DNA of 63,972 nucleotides, filler included, from Licmophora abbreviata (Eukaryota), in the NCBI GenBank assembly GCA_900291995.1. It is 15 parts of 15 records of this genome, joined end to end, with 100 filler letters (N's around TTAATTAATTAA, not from the genome) between each part and the next. Parts side by side here need not be neighbours in the genome. Positions count along the whole stretch, not along the records: positions 19,858 to 22,984 come from OLMU01001018.1; positions 23,085 to 30,332 come from OLMU01001019.1; positions 30,433 to 33,226 come from OLMU01001020.1; positions 33,327 to 49,440 come from OLMU01001021.1; 11 more parts are not named here. The stretch is one strand, 5' to 3'. The translations under genes were made by a program, and so were the position numbers. Positions 21,368 through 33,781 of this stretch are shown piece after piece; within the stretch, counting starts at the first letter, position 1; every line of letters starts with the position of its first letter. Below the pieces are notes generated by a model that saw nothing but the letters and a program-made list of their open reading frames with translations, made no database searches and was not told the DNA's origin.

Positions 21368-22132
21368 ATGTCCGATCCGCATGCCTTTTCCGATCTGCCG
21401 CTGCCACTTTTCTCCGGCGACGATCCGCTTCCCGCCACCCTTCCCCCGGGCGGGCGCCTGCCCTCCTATATCCGCGATCACCGCAAACGCCTGCGCGACA
21501 GGTTCCTGTCGGGCGGTGCTGCCGCGATGCCGGATTACGAGCTTCTGGAACTGGTGCTTTTTCGCGCCATCCCGCGCCGGGATGTCAAACCTCTGGCCCG
21601 CCAACTCCTTGATAGATTTGGTGATTTCAACGCCGTCATCTCTGCCTCCGCCCCCCAACTGGCCGAAGTGCCGGGCATCGGCGACGCCGTGATCTGCGAA
21701 CTCAAGATCATCGAGGCTGCGGCCCACCGCCTGTCTCGTGCGCGCGTCATGCAGCGGCAGGTCATCTCGTCCTGGGATGCGCTTCTGGACTATTGCCACA
21801 CCACCATGGCCCACCGTGAAACCGAACAATTCCGCGTCTTCTATCTCGATCGCAAGAACATCCTCATCGCCGATGAGGCGCAGGCCAACGGCACCGTCGA
21901 TCACGTCCCCGTCTACCCGCGCGAAGTGGTCAAACGTGCCCTGCACCTCAATGCCAGTGCCTTGATTCTAGTGCATAATCACCCCTCAGGCGACCCCACC
22001 CCATCCGACTCCGACATCCACATGACCCACCAGATTCAGACCGCTGCCCAAGCCTTGGGGCTGACCTTGCACGACCATCTCATCATCGGCAAATCCTGCG
22101 AGATCAGCTTTCGGGCCCAAGGCTATCTCTAG
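21368..22132 (+). CDS. radC: RadC (JAB domain) protein
   Basis: DHRKRLRDRF, VYPREVV, LVHNHPSGDPTPS, LHDHLIIG. Confidence 0.95.
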   Translation: MSDPHAFSDLPLPLFSGDDPLPATLPPGGRLPSYIRDHRKRLRDRFLSGGAAAMPDYELLELVLFRAIPRRDVKPLARQLLDRFGDFNAVISASAPQLAEVPGIGDAVICELKIIEAAAHRLSRARVMQRQVISSWDALLDYCHTTMAHRETEQFRVFYLDRKNILIADEAQANGTVDHVPVYPREVVKRALHLNASALILVHNHPSGDPTPSDSDIHMTHQIQTAAQALGLTLHDHLIIGKSCEISFRAQGYL

Positions 22133-23916
22133 CGCACCCAGACCTCTACGCGCCGGTTCACCTGCCGCCCCCATTCACTGTCATCGCAGGCCATCGGCAT
22201 CGCCTCACCAAAGGCTTCCGTTTCAATCGTGATCCGCGACAGATTGGCCGTCTCCGCCGCCGCGATCACCGCCGTCTTCACCGCCTCGGCGCGCTGCTCG
22301 GCAATCCGCCTGTTGCCCGCAGCCGGCCCTTCACCATCGCTGAACCCCACGAAAACAAGCCTTCGCGCATCATAAAGCCCGATCTCCAACGCCCGGGCAA
22401 GCTGCTGCACATTCGACCGCGACTGCGCATCCAGCCGCACCGACCCGGCCTCGAAACGGAATGTCGTCGTCAACCGCCTGAGTGGCGAGAGCAGCGCCAC
22501 CATGCGCTGCAACTCCTCAAGCCCCACCTCGCTGCCGGCATGCGCGATGGCATTGGCGAACCGGTCTCCTTGGGCATTTATCTCGATTTCCTCGGGCGCC
22601 TGATCCACGAATCCCGCCCGCCGCACCACAAGCTGTGCCGACGGATCGCGCAGATATGTCAGAAACTCCCTGACCAGCTTGGGAAACCGCCGCGCCGGCA
22701 TATACAGGAAAAGCGGCGCAGTCAGCGGATAATCCTCGGTCTTGACAGCCCGGCGCGTCGCTCTGAGCGTGAACCCGCACGTGCCCCTCAAGGCCAAGGT
22801 CCATGTATTCCCGGTCTCCGAACGGCTGGTCACACCCAACCCGAAAGGATCACCCGCCACCGCCTCGATCAGGGCCTGACCATCGGCATGGCGTATCGCA
22901 CCACGCACGAAAACCACCCAGGATGCCCCACGAATGGCTGTCAATGTCGCCTTGAACGAAGATCTCACATGTTCGTACAAACAGNNNNNNNNNNNNNNNN
23001 NNNNNNNNNNNNNNNNNNNNNNNNNNNNTTAATTAATTAANNNNNNNNNNNNNNNNNNNNNNNNNNNNNNNNNNNNNNNNNNNNCCACCGCCTCGATCAG
23101 GGCCTGACCATCGGCATGGCGTATCGCACCCTCCACCAGCGCCCCACCCCGCGCCGCCAGCAAGCGATCCTGCGTCGCCTGTCCGATGCCCGATTTTTCA
23201 GTGACGACATGCACCGTTATCGGCGCATCCGGGCCTCCGATATCCGACCAGTTGGTGATTTCACCCGCCAGAACAGCAGCCAGTTGCGGCGTGGTTATCG
23301 CCTGTAGGGGATTGCTCGGGGCGACAACAGGCACCAGCGCATCCAGCGCCACGATCATACTGCGGCCGCGCGCGTTCAAATCCCCCAGGCCCAGCTCTTC
23401 GGCGCGCCTCACCTCGTCGTCGCGGACCTCGCGCATGGACATGACGATATCGGTCGCATCAACCAGCAAATCCGCGAAACCCTCATCGCTCGTCGATAGA
23501 TGCAGAGTGAACTCACCCACCAAGGCACCGCTTTGCGCATTGGTCAGACCATAGACATACTGCCCATCCTCAAGGCTGGTTCGGCTCAGCTCGTACTCAT
23601 ACCGGATCGCGAAAGCCTCGAGCAACGCAGGGATCAGGACACGCCCGATAACGGGGGCACCAGACAGGGTAACGCGCGCCACGAAATCCTCGAGATTGGG
23701 GCACCCCGGACCCTCGCACAGCACTCCCGAGCCATCGACCGTCAATTCACCGAAAATGGTATCGACCCGGTAGAACTCACCATCAAACCCCAGAAGATTT
23801 CCAGAGATTTCCACATCTCCGTCGCGCGACGTGAGTGTCACATCCTGAGCATTCACCGACAGGCCCGTTCCGATCGTAAATAGTGCGGCGATCATCGCCG
23901 CACGTACTGGTCTCAT
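22129..23916 (-). CDS. PstS/PBP2-like substrate-binding domain fused to an OmpA-like domain (contig overlap at gap)
   Basis: Signal peptide, DIVMSMR, VALDALVPVV, ITNWSDIGG, YPLTAPLFLY; C-terminal VGFSD...RAEAV...NRRVEVWVR. Confidence 0.8.
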
Positions 23917-23940
23917 GGATTGGCCCTCGATTGCTGCGAT

Positions 23941-25002
23941 TTAGTTCCGCGCGATCTTCAGGTCATTGACGATGTTTTTCAACACCAGAAAGTCTCCCGT
24001 GGCGTCGCATTGCGGCATTGCCAGCGAAATCTCCTGTATGGATGGCGTCTCGCCCTGCCGGATCGTGATCGTCTGCGCGTCGATATCCCGCCCACAGGTT
24101 TGCGCCGTCACCTCGGCCTCAACACTCAGGGTCACTTCGCCCGGACGGATCGCGATGGCCGACGGAAACGTATAGATCTCCACCATGCGCCCGTTGCCGG
24201 CGTCCCGAGTGCCAAGCTGCGTGATGAACCCGCCTTCCCCGGCGGCCGCAATCGACATATCCCGTGCAGCATCGGCCCAGACATGCCCGTCATCGCCATA
24301 GCTTGCGCCATATTCCCTCGCATGGATCTGCAAACCGCTATGGCCGCTCCATTGCACCACCACCCGGTCATAAAAGGACACCGAGGTCACATCGACATTC
24401 ACCAGCACACCTTCTCCATTGCCGAACGCAGCGATATACAGTGCGTTTTCCGCAAGGGCCGGCACCGTCATGTTCCATCGGCCCTCGGCATCGGTGACCC
24501 CGGTGAACATCATGCCCTGATGATGCAGCGTGAAGCTTTCATTGGGCAGGCAAGCGGCATCCAGCGCAAGGTCCACCATCGCCGCAGCCGCGACAGCCCC
24601 GGTTAGCGTCAATTCGCAATCGAAGGACGGAGGGGCCTGTTCGACAGGAAGATCAAGGACCGGGGTCTGCTCGAGACTTGCGTTGACGAAGGCGGAAGCG
24701 TCCAGCGATCTGTCCGGCAGAGGCATGGGCTGGGGTGCCGCGGGCGGCATCTCGGGCAGCGCCGATGTCAGCGTCACATCCGATAGATCAAGCGGCGGTT
24801 CGGGGTTCTCGGCGGCCTGAGCCGCTCCTGTCACGATCAGCGGCATCGTGGGCCCTGTGGCCGCGACGCTTGCCTTGGGGGTCGCTACAGCGCCTGTCTG
24901 CGATGGCTCTGGCGTCTCCGCCACGCTCTGCATGATGAATCCTGTCGTCAGGGCACATGCAAATGTGCCGCCTGCCATCAGGTACCGTCTTATCCTCGAC
25001 AT
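23941..25002 (-). CDS. hypothetical membrane-anchored or exported protein
   Basis: 353-aa ORF with N-terminal hydrophobic segment, Pro-rich linker and paired Cys; 24 bp from the next gene. Confidence 0.75.
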   Translation of the reverse strand: MSRIRRYLMAGGTFACALTTGFIMQSVAETPEPSQTGAVATPKASVAATGPTMPLIVTGAAQAAENPEPPLDLSDVTLTSALPEMPPAAPQPMPLPDRSLDASAFVNASLEQTPVLDLPVEQAPPSFDCELTLTGAVAAAAMVDLALDAACLPNESFTLHHQGMMFTGVTDAEGRWNMTVPALAENALYIAAFGNGEGVLVNVDVTSVSFYDRVVVQWSGHSGLQIHAREYGASYGDDGHVWADAARDMSIAAAGEGGFITQLGTRDAGNGRMVEIYTFPSAIAIRPGEVTLSVEAEVTAQTCGRDIDAQTITIRQGETPSIQEISLAMPQCDATGDFLVLKNIVNDLKIARN

Positions 25003-25097
25003 GATCCGTGCCTCGCACCTACACTACGAGGTCAGGAATATTCCGGAAAAACGGCACCCCTATGGCGCTGTTGAGGAGTCATTCGGGCCAGACCCGG

Positions 25098-27800
25098 TCA
25101 GGCAAGCCGCCCATGGCAATGCTTGAACTTCTTGCCAGACCCACAAGGACACATCTGGTTGCGGCCCGGATTGCCCCAGGTGGCGGGGTCGTTTTCATCA
25201 AAGCCGGGCGCTGCATCCTCGACTGCGACCATACCCTGATCCACCGATGGTGCCGCAGCCGCTTCCATTGCGGCACGCTGCCTGAGAAGCTCATCCATCA
25301 TGGATTTCTGCTCTTCTTCAGTCATAGGCCGGATCTGCGACAGTTTTTGCGTCACATCCTGACGCAAACTGTTCAGCATCGTCTCGAAGAGCTGGAACGC
25401 CTCGTTCTTGTATTCGTTCAGCGGATCGCGCTGCGCATAGCCCCGGAAGCCCACGACGCTCCGCAAATGCTCGAGCGTCAGAAGATGCTCACGCCACTTG
25501 GTGTCGATGGCCTGCAGCAGGATCTGCTTTTCAACCGACCGCATCGTGTCAGGGCCGAAAGCGGCCGCTTTCTGCGCCATCATCTCGTCCGCGGCCTTTT
25601 CAAGGCGTTCCGCGATGTCCTCGTCGTCAACGCCTTCTTCATCGGCCCATGCAACGACCGGCAGATCCATGTTCAACTGATCCTTCACGGCAGCATGAAG
25701 ACCCTCGGTATCCCACTGATCGGCATAGGTCTTGGGCGGCATGTAGGTATCGACCAGATCGTCGATCACCTCGCTGCGCATGTCCTGCACGATCTCCGAC
25801 AGGTCTTCGGCCTTCATGATGTCCAGCCGCTGCTTGAAGATCACCTTGCGCTGCTCGTTCATCACATCGTCGAACTTGAGCAATTGCTTGCGGATGTCGA
25901 AGTTGCGCCCTTCGACCTTGGCTTGCGCGCGCTCCAGCGATTTGTTGACCCACGGGTGAACGATCGCCTCGCCTTCCTTCATGCCAAGCGTCGACAGCAC
26001 CTTTTCCAGCCGCTCCGATCCGAAAATACGCATCAGATCGTCTTCAAGGCTCAGGAAAAACGCCGAACGCCCGGGATCGCCCTGCCGCCCCGACCTGCCA
26101 CGCAGCTGGTTGTCGATGCGGCGGCTTTCGTGCCGTTCGGTGGCCAGAACGAACAGACCGCCCGCGTCGATCACGGCCTTTTCGTCATCGGCATGTTCGG
26201 CCTCAATGCGGGCGCGCAACTCTTCGGGGTCGGCTTCGGGATTGGCGGCAATCGCCTCCATCACCTTGAACTCGACATTCCCGCCCAGTTTGATGTCAGT
26301 GCCGCGGCCCGCCATGTTGGTGGCGATGGTCACGGCGCCCAGCTTGCCGGCATCGGCGACGATCTGCGCCTCCTGCTCGTGCTGGCGCGCGTTGAGCACG
26401 TTGTGAGTGATCCCGGCAGAGGTCAGCAACCGGCTGAGCATTTCCGACTTCTCGATCGAGGTGGTCCCCACAAGGATCGGCTGGCCCTTGTCATGGGCTT
26501 CGCGGATCGTCTCGACGATGGCATCGAACTTTTCCTGCGCCGTGCGGTAAACGGCGTCATCCTCGTCGATACGGGCAATCGGCTTGTTGGTCGGCACTTC
26601 GACCACGCCCAACCCGTAGATCTCGGCAAATTCCTCGGCCTCGGTGACAGCGGTCCCGGTCATACCCGACAGCTTTTCATACAGGCGGAAATAATTCTGG
26701 AAGGTGACACTGGCGAGCGTGACGTTTTCAGGCTGGATCTTGCAGCCTTCCTTGGCCTCGATCGCCTGATGCAGCCCGTCAGACAAGCGCCGGCCCGCCA
26801 TCATCCGTCCGGTGAATTCGTCGATCAGAACAACCTCGCCATCGCGAACGATGTAATCCTTGTCCTTCTGGAACAGCTTGTGGGCGCGCAGACCCTGATT
26901 GACGTGATGCACGATAGTCGTGCTTTCCGGATCATAAAGCGACTGGCCCTGATCAAGCAGGCCGCGGTCGTGCAGAACTTCTTCCAGATATTCGTTCCCC
27001 TCGTCGGTGAACGTCACGTTGCGGGTTTTCTCGTCGATCTTGTAATGCTCTTCGCTCAGCAGCGGGATCAGATCATTGATGCTGACATAAAGCTCGCTGC
27101 GATCCTGTGCCGGACCGGAAATGATAAGCGGCGTGCGCGCCTCGTCGATCAGGATACTGTCCACCTCGTCCACGATGGCGAAATAATGGTTCTGCTGATT
27201 CATCTCCTCGAGCGAGGATTTCATGTTGTCGCGCAGATAATCGAACCCAAGCTCGTTGTTGGTGGCATAGGTCACGTCCGACGCATAGGCCTGCTTTTTC
27301 TCGGACTCGGGCTGCTGCGGATAAACCACGCCTGTGGTCATGCCCAACGCGGCATAGACCTTGCCCATCCATTCGGCATCGCGCTTGGCCAGATAGTCGT
27401 TAACCGTGACGATATGCACGCCCTTGCCCGCCAGCGCGTTCAAGTAGCCGGGAAAGGTCGACACCAGCGTCTTGCCCTCGCCGGTCTTCATCTCGCTGAT
27501 ATTGCCCTGATGCAGGAAGATGCCGCCCATCAACTGCACGTCGAAGGCGCGCAATCCAAGCGCCCTTTTTGCCGCCTCCCGACAGTTCGCGAAGGCTTCG
27601 GGCAGAAGGGCGTCAAGGCTTTCGCCCTCTGCGAGCCGCTTTTTGAATTCCTGGGTCTTTTCGATAAGCCCCGCGTCACTCAACGCTTCGTACTCAGGTT
27701 CCAGCGCGTTGATCTTGTCGACCAGCGGGCGTGTCGCCTTGATCTTGCGGTCATTCGGGGTGCCGAAGATCTTCTTGGCGACAGTTCCAATACCCAGCAT
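25098..27800 (-). CDS. secA: preprotein translocase SecA
   Basis: [57 protein letters not shown]. Confidence 0.98.
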   Translation of the reverse strand: MLGIGTVAKKIFGTPNDRKIKATRPLVDKINALEPEYEALSDAGLIEKTQEFKKRLAEGESLDALLPEAFANCREAAKRALGLRAFDVQLMGGIFLHQGNISEMKTGEGKTLVSTFPGYLNALAGKGVHIVTVNDYLAKRDAEWMGKVYAALGMTTGVVYPQQPESEKKQAYASDVTYATNNELGFDYLRDNMKSSLEEMNQQNHYFAIVDEVDSILIDEARTPLIISGPAQDRSELYVSINDLIPLLSEEHYKIDEKTRNVTFTDEGNEYLEEVLHDRGLLDQGQSLYDPESTTIVHHVNQGLRAHKLFQKDKDYIVRDGEVVLIDEFTGRMMAGRRLSDGLHQAIEAKEGCKIQPENVTLASVTFQNYFRLYEKLSGMTGTAVTEAEEFAEIYGLGVVEVPTNKPIARIDEDDAVYRTAQEKFDAIVETIREAHDKGQPILVGTTSIEKSEMLSRLLTSAGITHNVLNARQHEQEAQIVADAGKLGAVTIATNMAGRGTDIKLGGNVEFKVMEAIAANPEADPEELRARIEAEHADDEKAVIDAGGLFVLATERHESRRIDNQLRGRSGRQGDPGRSAFFLSLEDDLMRIFGSERLEKVLSTLGMKEGEAIVHPWVNKSLERAQAKVEGRNFDIRKQLLKFDDVMNEQRKVIFKQRLDIMKAEDLSEIVQDMRSEVIDDLVDTYMPPKTYADQWDTEGLHAAVKDQLNMDLPVVAWADEEGVDDEDIAERLEKAADEMMAQKAAAFGPDTMRSVEKQILLQAIDTKWREHLLTLEHLRSVVGFRGYAQRDPLNEYKNEAFQLFETMLNSLRQDVTQKLSQIRPMTEEEQKSMMDELLRQRAAMEAAAAPSVDQGMVAVEDAAPGFDENDPATWGNPGRNQMCPCGSGKKFKHCHGRLA

Positions 27801-27907
27801 ATCCAATCCGTTCCGGTGTTTGCACTTGTCAGTGAGAGGCAATTGCTTGCCCCGCCTTCCGCACCACCCTAGAAAGGCACAGAATGGCGGTGTCTTGGTC
27901 CAAAGCC

Positions 27908-27936
27908 GATGTAAGGGGCCGCCGTTAGAGTGTCAA
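27908..27936 (-). promoter_or_regulatory. putative secA promoter
   Basis: TTGACA-N17-TACATC on the minus strand. Confidence 0.5.
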
Positions 27937-27986
27937 CGTCGCGCAGGCGCGCGTCACCCAACGCAGCACTGCAAAGGAAAGACTTC

Positions 27987-28844
27987 ATGACCTTCCGTAC
28001 CAAGCTTTTCCCGGCCCTCGCAATTGTCGCAGCGGTCGGTTTCGCGCAAGCCCCGGCAGCTCAGGACAGCCCGGATATCGATACCGTTCTGGCCACAGTG
28101 AACGGCACGGATATCACCTTGGGCCACATGATCGCGCTGCGCGCCAGCCTGCCTGCGCAATATGGTCAGCTGCCGCCGGAAATCCTGTTCAACGGCATTC
28201 TCGACCAGCTGATTCAGCAAACCCTCCTCATGCAAAGCTTCGAGGGCGAGGTCTCCAAGCGCAGCGCCCTGGTGCTTGAAAACGAACGCCGCGCGATCCT
28301 CGCCACCGAGGTTATCGAAAACGTGATGCAAGTCGCTCTGACCGACGCCGACATTCAAGCCGCCTACGAAGAGCGTTATGCCAGCGCCGGGCAAGAAACC
28401 GAATACAAGGCTGCGCATATCCTTGTCGAAACCGAGGAAACCGCTCGCGACCTGATCACCCAACTGGAAGGTGGCGCTGATTTCGCCACTCTTGCCCGCG
28501 AAAATTCGACCGGCCCCTCCGGCCCCAATGGCGGCGATCTGGGCTGGTTCGGCCCCGGTGTCATGGTCGAGTCGTTCTTCGACGCCGTGGCAAGCCTCGA
28601 GCCGGGACAAGTTTCCGAGCCGGTGCAGACCCAGTTCGGCTGGCACGTCATCAAGCTGAATGAAACCCGGCTTACCGAAACACCCCCGCTGGAAGAGGTC
28701 CGCGCCGAGATCGAAGAAACCCTTCGGCAGGAAAAATTCGACGCCCATGTCGACACCCTGACCGGCCAAGCCACGATCCAGCGCAACGAAGCATCGGGTA
28801 TCGCGCCGGAAACGATCAACAATCTCGATCTTCTGGAGAACTGA
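27987..28844 (+). CDS. periplasmic PpiC-type peptidyl-prolyl isomerase
   Basis: Signal peptide, AAHILV, GGDLGWF, PVQTQFGWHVIKL. Confidence 0.92.
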   Translation: MTFRTKLFPALAIVAAVGFAQAPAAQDSPDIDTVLATVNGTDITLGHMIALRASLPAQYGQLPPEILFNGILDQLIQQTLLMQSFEGEVSKRSALVLENERRAILATEVIENVMQVALTDADIQAAYEERYASAGQETEYKAAHILVETEETARDLITQLEGGADFATLARENSTGPSGPNGGDLGWFGPGVMVESFFDAVASLEPGQVSEPVQTQFGWHVIKLNETRLTETPPLEEVRAEIEETLRQEKFDAHVDTLTGQATIQRNEASGIAPETINNLDLLEN

Positions 28845-28846
28845 CA

Positions 28847-30076
28847 ATGGGCGCAAAGCCTCCACTGTCCCCGCTTGCGCCAGCCTCTTTTCCCGATCTT
28901 CCGCATATCGCCGGGGTGCGCTTTGCAACTGCGCAAGCCGGGGTGCGCTACAAGGGTCGCGAAGACGTGATGCTGGCCGTTCTGGCCCCCGGCACGGCCA
29001 TGGCCGGGGCCTTCACGCGCTCCGCGACGCGGTCTTCGGCAGTGCTCGATTGTCAGCGGAAAATCGGGCAGCACAGCAGCGCGGGGGCTGCGATCCTCGT
29101 CAATTCAGGCAACGCCAACGCGTTTACCGGGCGCCATGGCGATGCATCGGTCAAGGCGGTGACCGATGCCGCTGCAAAGGCTCTGAACCTGCCCGAAACG
29201 CGGATTTTCACCTCATCCACTGGCGTCATCGGCGAGCCGTTGCCGCATGATCGCATCACCGCCAAACTCGATGAGCTGTCCTCCAACCTGACGCCCGACG
29301 CGATCGACGCCGCCGCGCGCGCCATCATGACCACCGACACCTTCGCCAAGGGGTCTGGCACCACCATCACGATCGACGGGCAAAACGTGCATATCGCCGG
29401 TATCGCCAAGGGATCGGGCATGATCGCGCCAGATATGGCGACCATGCTGGTCTATATCTTCACCGATGCGGTGATCGACCAGCCGGTGCTGCAATCCATG
29501 GTCACCGCGCTGAACCGCACCACCTTCAACTGCATCACCGTCGACAGTGACACATCGACCTCGGATACGCTTCTGGTGGCGGCCACCGGCGCGTCCGGCA
29601 TCCGGGTGACCGACGAAAGCATCGGCTTCATGGCCGGTCTGCGCCAGGTCATGCTCGATCTCGCCCATCAGGTCGTACGCGACGGCGAAGGCGCCACGAA
29701 GTTCGTCGAGGTGTCGGTGACCGGCGCCGCCAGCGACGCCGACGCCCACACCCACGCCATGGCCATCGCCAATTCGCCGCTGGTCAAGACGGCCATCGCC
29801 GGCGAAGACCCCAACTGGGGGCGGATCGTCATGGCCATCGGCAAATCCGGCGCGCGCGCCGACCGGGACACGCTGTCGATTTGGTTCGGGCATATTCGCG
29901 TGGCCCGCGATGGCTGGGTCGATCCCGATTACGACGAGGCGGACGCGGCCCTCTACATGAAACAGCAAGAGCTCGTGATCCATGTCGATCTCGGTCTTGG
30001 CGGCGGCACAGCGGTTGTCTGGACCTGCGATCTGACCCATGGCTATATCGACATCAACGCCGATTATCGCTCATGA
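28847..30076 (+). CDS. argJ: bifunctional ornithine acetyltransferase
   Basis: NSGNANA, AKGSGMIAPDMATML, DTSTSD, DGEGATK, DPNWGR. Confidence 0.96.
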   Translation: MGAKPPLSPLAPASFPDLPHIAGVRFATAQAGVRYKGREDVMLAVLAPGTAMAGAFTRSATRSSAVLDCQRKIGQHSSAGAAILVNSGNANAFTGRHGDASVKAVTDAAAKALNLPETRIFTSSTGVIGEPLPHDRITAKLDELSSNLTPDAIDAAARAIMTTDTFAKGSGTTITIDGQNVHIAGIAKGSGMIAPDMATMLVYIFTDAVIDQPVLQSMVTALNRTTFNCITVDSDTSTSDTLLVAATGASGIRVTDESIGFMAGLRQVMLDLAHQVVRDGEGATKFVEVSVTGAASDADAHTHAMAIANSPLVKTAIAGEDPNWGRIVMAIGKSGARADRDTLSIWFGHIRVARDGWVDPDYDEADAALYMKQQELVIHVDLGLGGGTAVVWTCDLTHGYIDINADYRS

Positions 30077-30609
30077 AGACCGTGCTTGTTTCTGCCGTGG
30101 CGCTGATCGACGTTGATGGCCGCATCCTGCTGACGCAACGTCCCGAGGGCAAGTCGATGGCTGGCCTGTGGGAGTTTCCGGGCGGCAAGGTCGAACCGGG
30201 CGAAACGCCCGAACATGCGCTGATCCGCGAACTTGAAGAGGAATTGGGCATCAACACGTGGCAAAGCTGTCTCGCGCCGCTGACTTTCGCCAGCCATAGC
30301 TATGACGACTTCCACTTGCTGATGCCGCTCTTNNNNNNNNNNNNNNNNNNNNNNNNNNNNNNNNNNNNNNNNNNNNTTAATTAATTAANNNNNNNNNNNN
30401 NNNNNNNNNNNNNNNNNNNNNNNNNNNNNNNNCATAGCTATGACGACTTCCACTTGCTGATGCCGCTCTTCGCCTGTCGCAAATGGGACGGCACACCGCA
30501 GGGACGCGAAGGGCAGACCCTGAAATGGGTCAAACCGAATGCCCTGCGCGACTATCCCATGCCTCCAGCGGACATTCCCCTGATCCCGATCCTGCGCGAC
30601 TGGCTGTAG
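30073..30609 (+). CDS. mutT: 8-oxo-dGTP diphosphatase (38-bp contig overlap across gap)
   Basis: Nudix box GGKVEPGETPEHALIRELEEELG; ends PPADIPLIPILRDWL*. Confidence 0.92.
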
Positions 30610-30627
30610 GACCGTCCTGCAAAACGC

Positions 30628-30658
30628 GAAAAGGGGCCGCCAATCGGCAGCCCCTTTC
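30628..30658. terminator. bidirectional terminator between mutT and infB
   Basis: GAAAAGGGGCCGCC-AATC-GGCAGCCCCTTTC. Confidence 0.7.
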
Positions 30659-30679
30659 AAACTTGCGTTGATATCAGGA

Positions 30680-33169
30680 TCAATCCAACGTGCGCTCGAC
30701 CTCTTCGCGCTCGAAGATCTCGATCACGTCGCCCGGACGCACATCTTCGTAGTTCTCGAACGCCATGCCGCATTCCTGACCCGACTGAACCTCCGAGACT
30801 TCATCCTTGAAGCGCTTGAGCGTCTTCAGCGTGCCTTCGTGGATCACCACGTCGTCGCGCAGCAGGCGCACCCCGGCAGACCGGCGTGCGATACCCTCGG
30901 TAACAAGACACCCGGCAACCTTGCCGACGCCCGACACCTTGAACACTTCCTTGATCTGCGCATAACCGATGAAGTTCTCGCGGACCTCGGCACCAAGCAG
31001 ACCGCTGGCCGCCGCTTTCACATCGTCCACCAGATCGTAGATCACGCTGTAATAACGGATTTCCACGCCCTTCTGGTTGGCACTGTTGCGGGCCGGCGCA
31101 TTGGCGCGGACGTTGAAGCCCAGAACCGGTGCGCCTGACGCTTCGGCAAGGCCGATATCCGATTCCGTGATGGCGCCGACGCCCGAATGCAGAACGCGCA
31201 CGCGCACCTCTTCGTTGCCGATCTTCTCCATCGCCTGAACGATCGCCTCGGCAGAACCCTGCACGTCGGCCTTGACCAGAATCGGCAGTTCCTTGAGGTT
31301 CTCGTCTTCCTTGGCCTTTGCCAGAAGCTGCTCCAGCGATGTGCCGGCACCAGCGGCCGCGCGCTTTTCCTTGGCCGCTTTCTCGCGATACTCGGCGATT
31401 TCGCGCGCCAGCGCTTCGGTCTCGACCACGTTCAGAACGTCGCCCGCTTCGGGCGTGCCGTTCAGGCCCAGAACCTCGACCGGAACCGACGGGCCAGCAA
31501 TCTGCACACGCTCGCCACGGTCGTTGATCAGCGCGCGCACCTTGCCCCACTGTTCGCCGACGACAAAGATATCGCCCTGCTTGAGCGTGCCTTTCTGCAC
31601 AAGCACTGTCGCCACCGGGCCACGGCCCACATCCAGCTGCGCTTCGATCACCGCACCTTCGGCAACCCGATTCGGGTTGGCCGTCAGTTCGAGGATCTCG
31701 GACTGCAGCGCAATCGCCTCGAGCAGCTCTTCAAGCCCCTTGCCGGTCTTGGCCGAGACTTCGATATCCTGCACATCACCGGACATCGCCTCGACGACGA
31801 CTTCGTGCTGCAACAGATCGGTGCGCACCTTGTCGGGGTTCGCATCTGGCTTGTCGCACTTGTTGATCGCAACGATGATCGGCACCTGCGCTGCCTTGGC
31901 GTGGTTGATCGCCTCGATGGTCTGCGGCATCACCGCATCATCAGCGGCCACCACCAGAACCACGATATCCGTCACCTGCGCACCACGGGCGCGCATGCTG
32001 GTGAAGGCCGCGTGACCGGGCGTATCGAGGAATGTCAGCAACGCGCCCGAGTCGGTCTCGACCTGATAGGCGCCGATATGCTGGGTGATTCCCCCGGCTT
32101 CGCCCGACACCACCTTGGCATCGCGGATCGCATCCAGAAGCGAGGTCTTGCCGTGGTCCACATGGCCCATCACGGTGATGACCGGCGGACGCGGTTCAAG
32201 ATCCTCGGCCTTGTCCTGGACCTGATCGATCACGTCTTCCACGTCCGAGTCACTGACCCGCACGACGCGATGTCCGAACTCCTCGATGATCAGCTCGGCG
32301 GTATCAGCGTCAATCGTCTGGTTCTGCGTGACCATCATGCCGTTGCTCATCAGCGCCTTGATGATGTCGCCAACGCGTTCGGCCATGCGGTTGGCCAACT
32401 CCGAGACAACGATCGTCTCGGGCAGCTGCACGTCACGCACGACCTTTTCGCGCTCCTGCATACCGCCCATGGCCTTCTGACGGGCGCGTTCCTGCTTGCG
32501 CTTCATCGCAGCCAGCGATTTCTGGCGGCCACCTTCGCCACCGGCCAATGCCTGATTGAGCGTCAGCTTGCCTGCGCGGCGCCCACCATCATCGCGGACC
32601 TTGCCACGACCACGCTCCTGATCCCGGTCCGTATTGACCTTTTCCTGCTTGCGCGGCGGTTGTTTGGCGGGTGCGCGTGTGGCTGCATCCTCGCCGGGCG
32701 GAGGCGGAGGCGGTGCCGCTGCGGCCTGCTCGGCTGCAAGGCGCTTGCGCTCTTCCTCATCGGCTTTGGCGCGGGCGCGCTCTTCGGCCTCGCGCTGTTC
32801 GCGCTCTTTGGCCTCGGCTTCTTCACGACGGCGCTGGCGCTCTTCCTCGCGCTCCTTTTCCTCGGCCTCACGGCGCGCGGCATCCTCGACTTCGCGAGCC
32901 TGTGCGGCCTGCAAGGCGCGCATGCGGCGCTCCATCTCGGAATCGGAAATGCCGGCAGGGCGCTTGGACGCATCGCCAGAGGACGGCTGCGGTCTCGATC
33001 CCGCAGCACCGCCCGCCGCAGGCCCACCCGGCTTGGGTTTGACCACGCGCTTGCGCTTTGTTTCCACGACGACGTTCTTGGTCCGTCCATGGCTGAAGCT
33101 CTGCTTCACATTCCCCGAACGGGGACCGCCACGCACACCCAAAGTCTTTTTCTCGTCGTTGTCGCTCAT
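30680..33169 (-). CDS. infB: translation initiation factor IF-2
   Basis: [17 protein letters not shown]. Confidence 0.98.
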   Translation of the reverse strand: MSDNDEKKTLGVRGGPRSGNVKQSFSHGRTKNVVVETKRKRVVKPKPGGPAAGGAAGSRPQPSSGDASKRPAGISDSEMERRMRALQAAQAREVEDAARREAEEKEREEERQRRREEAEAKEREQREAEERARAKADEEERKRLAAEQAAAAPPPPPPGEDAATRAPAKQPPRKQEKVNTDRDQERGRGKVRDDGGRRAGKLTLNQALAGGEGGRQKSLAAMKRKQERARQKAMGGMQEREKVVRDVQLPETIVVSELANRMAERVGDIIKALMSNGMMVTQNQTIDADTAELIIEEFGHRVVRVSDSDVEDVIDQVQDKAEDLEPRPPVITVMGHVDHGKTSLLDAIRDAKVVSGEAGGITQHIGAYQVETDSGALLTFLDTPGHAAFTSMRARGAQVTDIVVLVVAADDAVMPQTIEAINHAKAAQVPIIVAINKCDKPDANPDKVRTDLLQHEVVVEAMSGDVQDIEVSAKTGKGLEELLEAIALQSEILELTANPNRVAEGAVIEAQLDVGRGPVATVLVQKGTLKQGDIFVVGEQWGKVRALINDRGERVQIAGPSVPVEVLGLNGTPEAGDVLNVVETEALAREIAEYREKAAKEKRAAAGAGTSLEQLLAKAKEDENLKELPILVKADVQGSAEAIVQAMEKIGNEEVRVRVLHSGVGAITESDIGLAEASGAPVLGFNVRANAPARNSANQKGVEIRYYSVIYDLVDDVKAAASGLLGAEVRENFIGYAQIKEVFKVSGVGKVAGCLVTEGIARRSAGVRLLRDDVVIHEGTLKTLKRFKDEVSEVQSGQECGMAFENYEDVRPGDVIEIFEREEVERTLD

Positions 33170-33761
33170 CTGGTTCCACTTCCTTTCCGGCGGCTCTGTC
33201 CGCCGTTCGAGACGCGCAGGCCCTTCNNNNNNNNNNNNNNNNNNNNNNNNNNNNNNNNNNNNNNNNNNNNTTAATTAATTAANNNNNNNNNNNNNNNNNN
33301 NNNNNNNNNNNNNNNNNNNNNNNNNNCAATTTCGATTTGCCCCGTTCCGATCCGTCGCTGGCCTGCAGCAAGACGGTGGCCTCCTCCTTGGAAAGCCAGT
33401 CCTTGACCTTTTCATAGCCCGTGACCGCGCCTCCGCCCTTCCGGGCAAGGCTGATCAGGTTCACGACCCGGCGCACCAACTGATCCTCGATCAATTCGGG
33501 CAAGTTCTCAGGCACGGTGACGGCCTGACGCGCCGCCTTGGCAAACAGCTTCTTCTTGACCGCCGTCTCGATCGCATCGCGATCGGCGGACACCCAGATG
33601 CCGCGCCCGGGCAGCTTACCGGCGATATCCGGCGCAAGCTGCCCATCAGGACCAATCACGAAACGGATCAAGCCGTGCGCCGGGCTCACTTCACCCGTGG
33701 CAATGCACTTGCGTTCGGGACCTTCGCTCCGGTCCTTGGGTTGCCCACCGCGCCCCATCAA
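33166..33761 (-). CDS. YlxR/DUF448-L7Ae RNA-binding protein (split by gap)
   Basis: [23 protein letters not shown]; between nusA and infB. Confidence 0.88.
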
Positions 33762-33781
33762 TGCCTCCGAGGCCTGACGGA

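Noticed and set aside
22903..22984. 82 bp of unrelated sequence inside the PstS-like/OmpA gene
   Set aside because: It lies at a contig end beyond the overlap; most likely a chimeric or low-quality tail.
25008..27872. Long antisense ORFs (954 aa opposite secA; also 1084-2733, 10105-11628, 31187-33274)
   Set aside because: Shadow ORFs typical of GC-rich coding DNA; no motifs, and the opposite strand holds conserved genes.
30295..30470. Direct duplications flanking gaps (mutT 38 bp, REC-PP2C 37 bp, Hpt 32 bp, OmpA fusion 46 bp)
   Set aside because: Unmerged overlapping contig ends, not target-site duplications.
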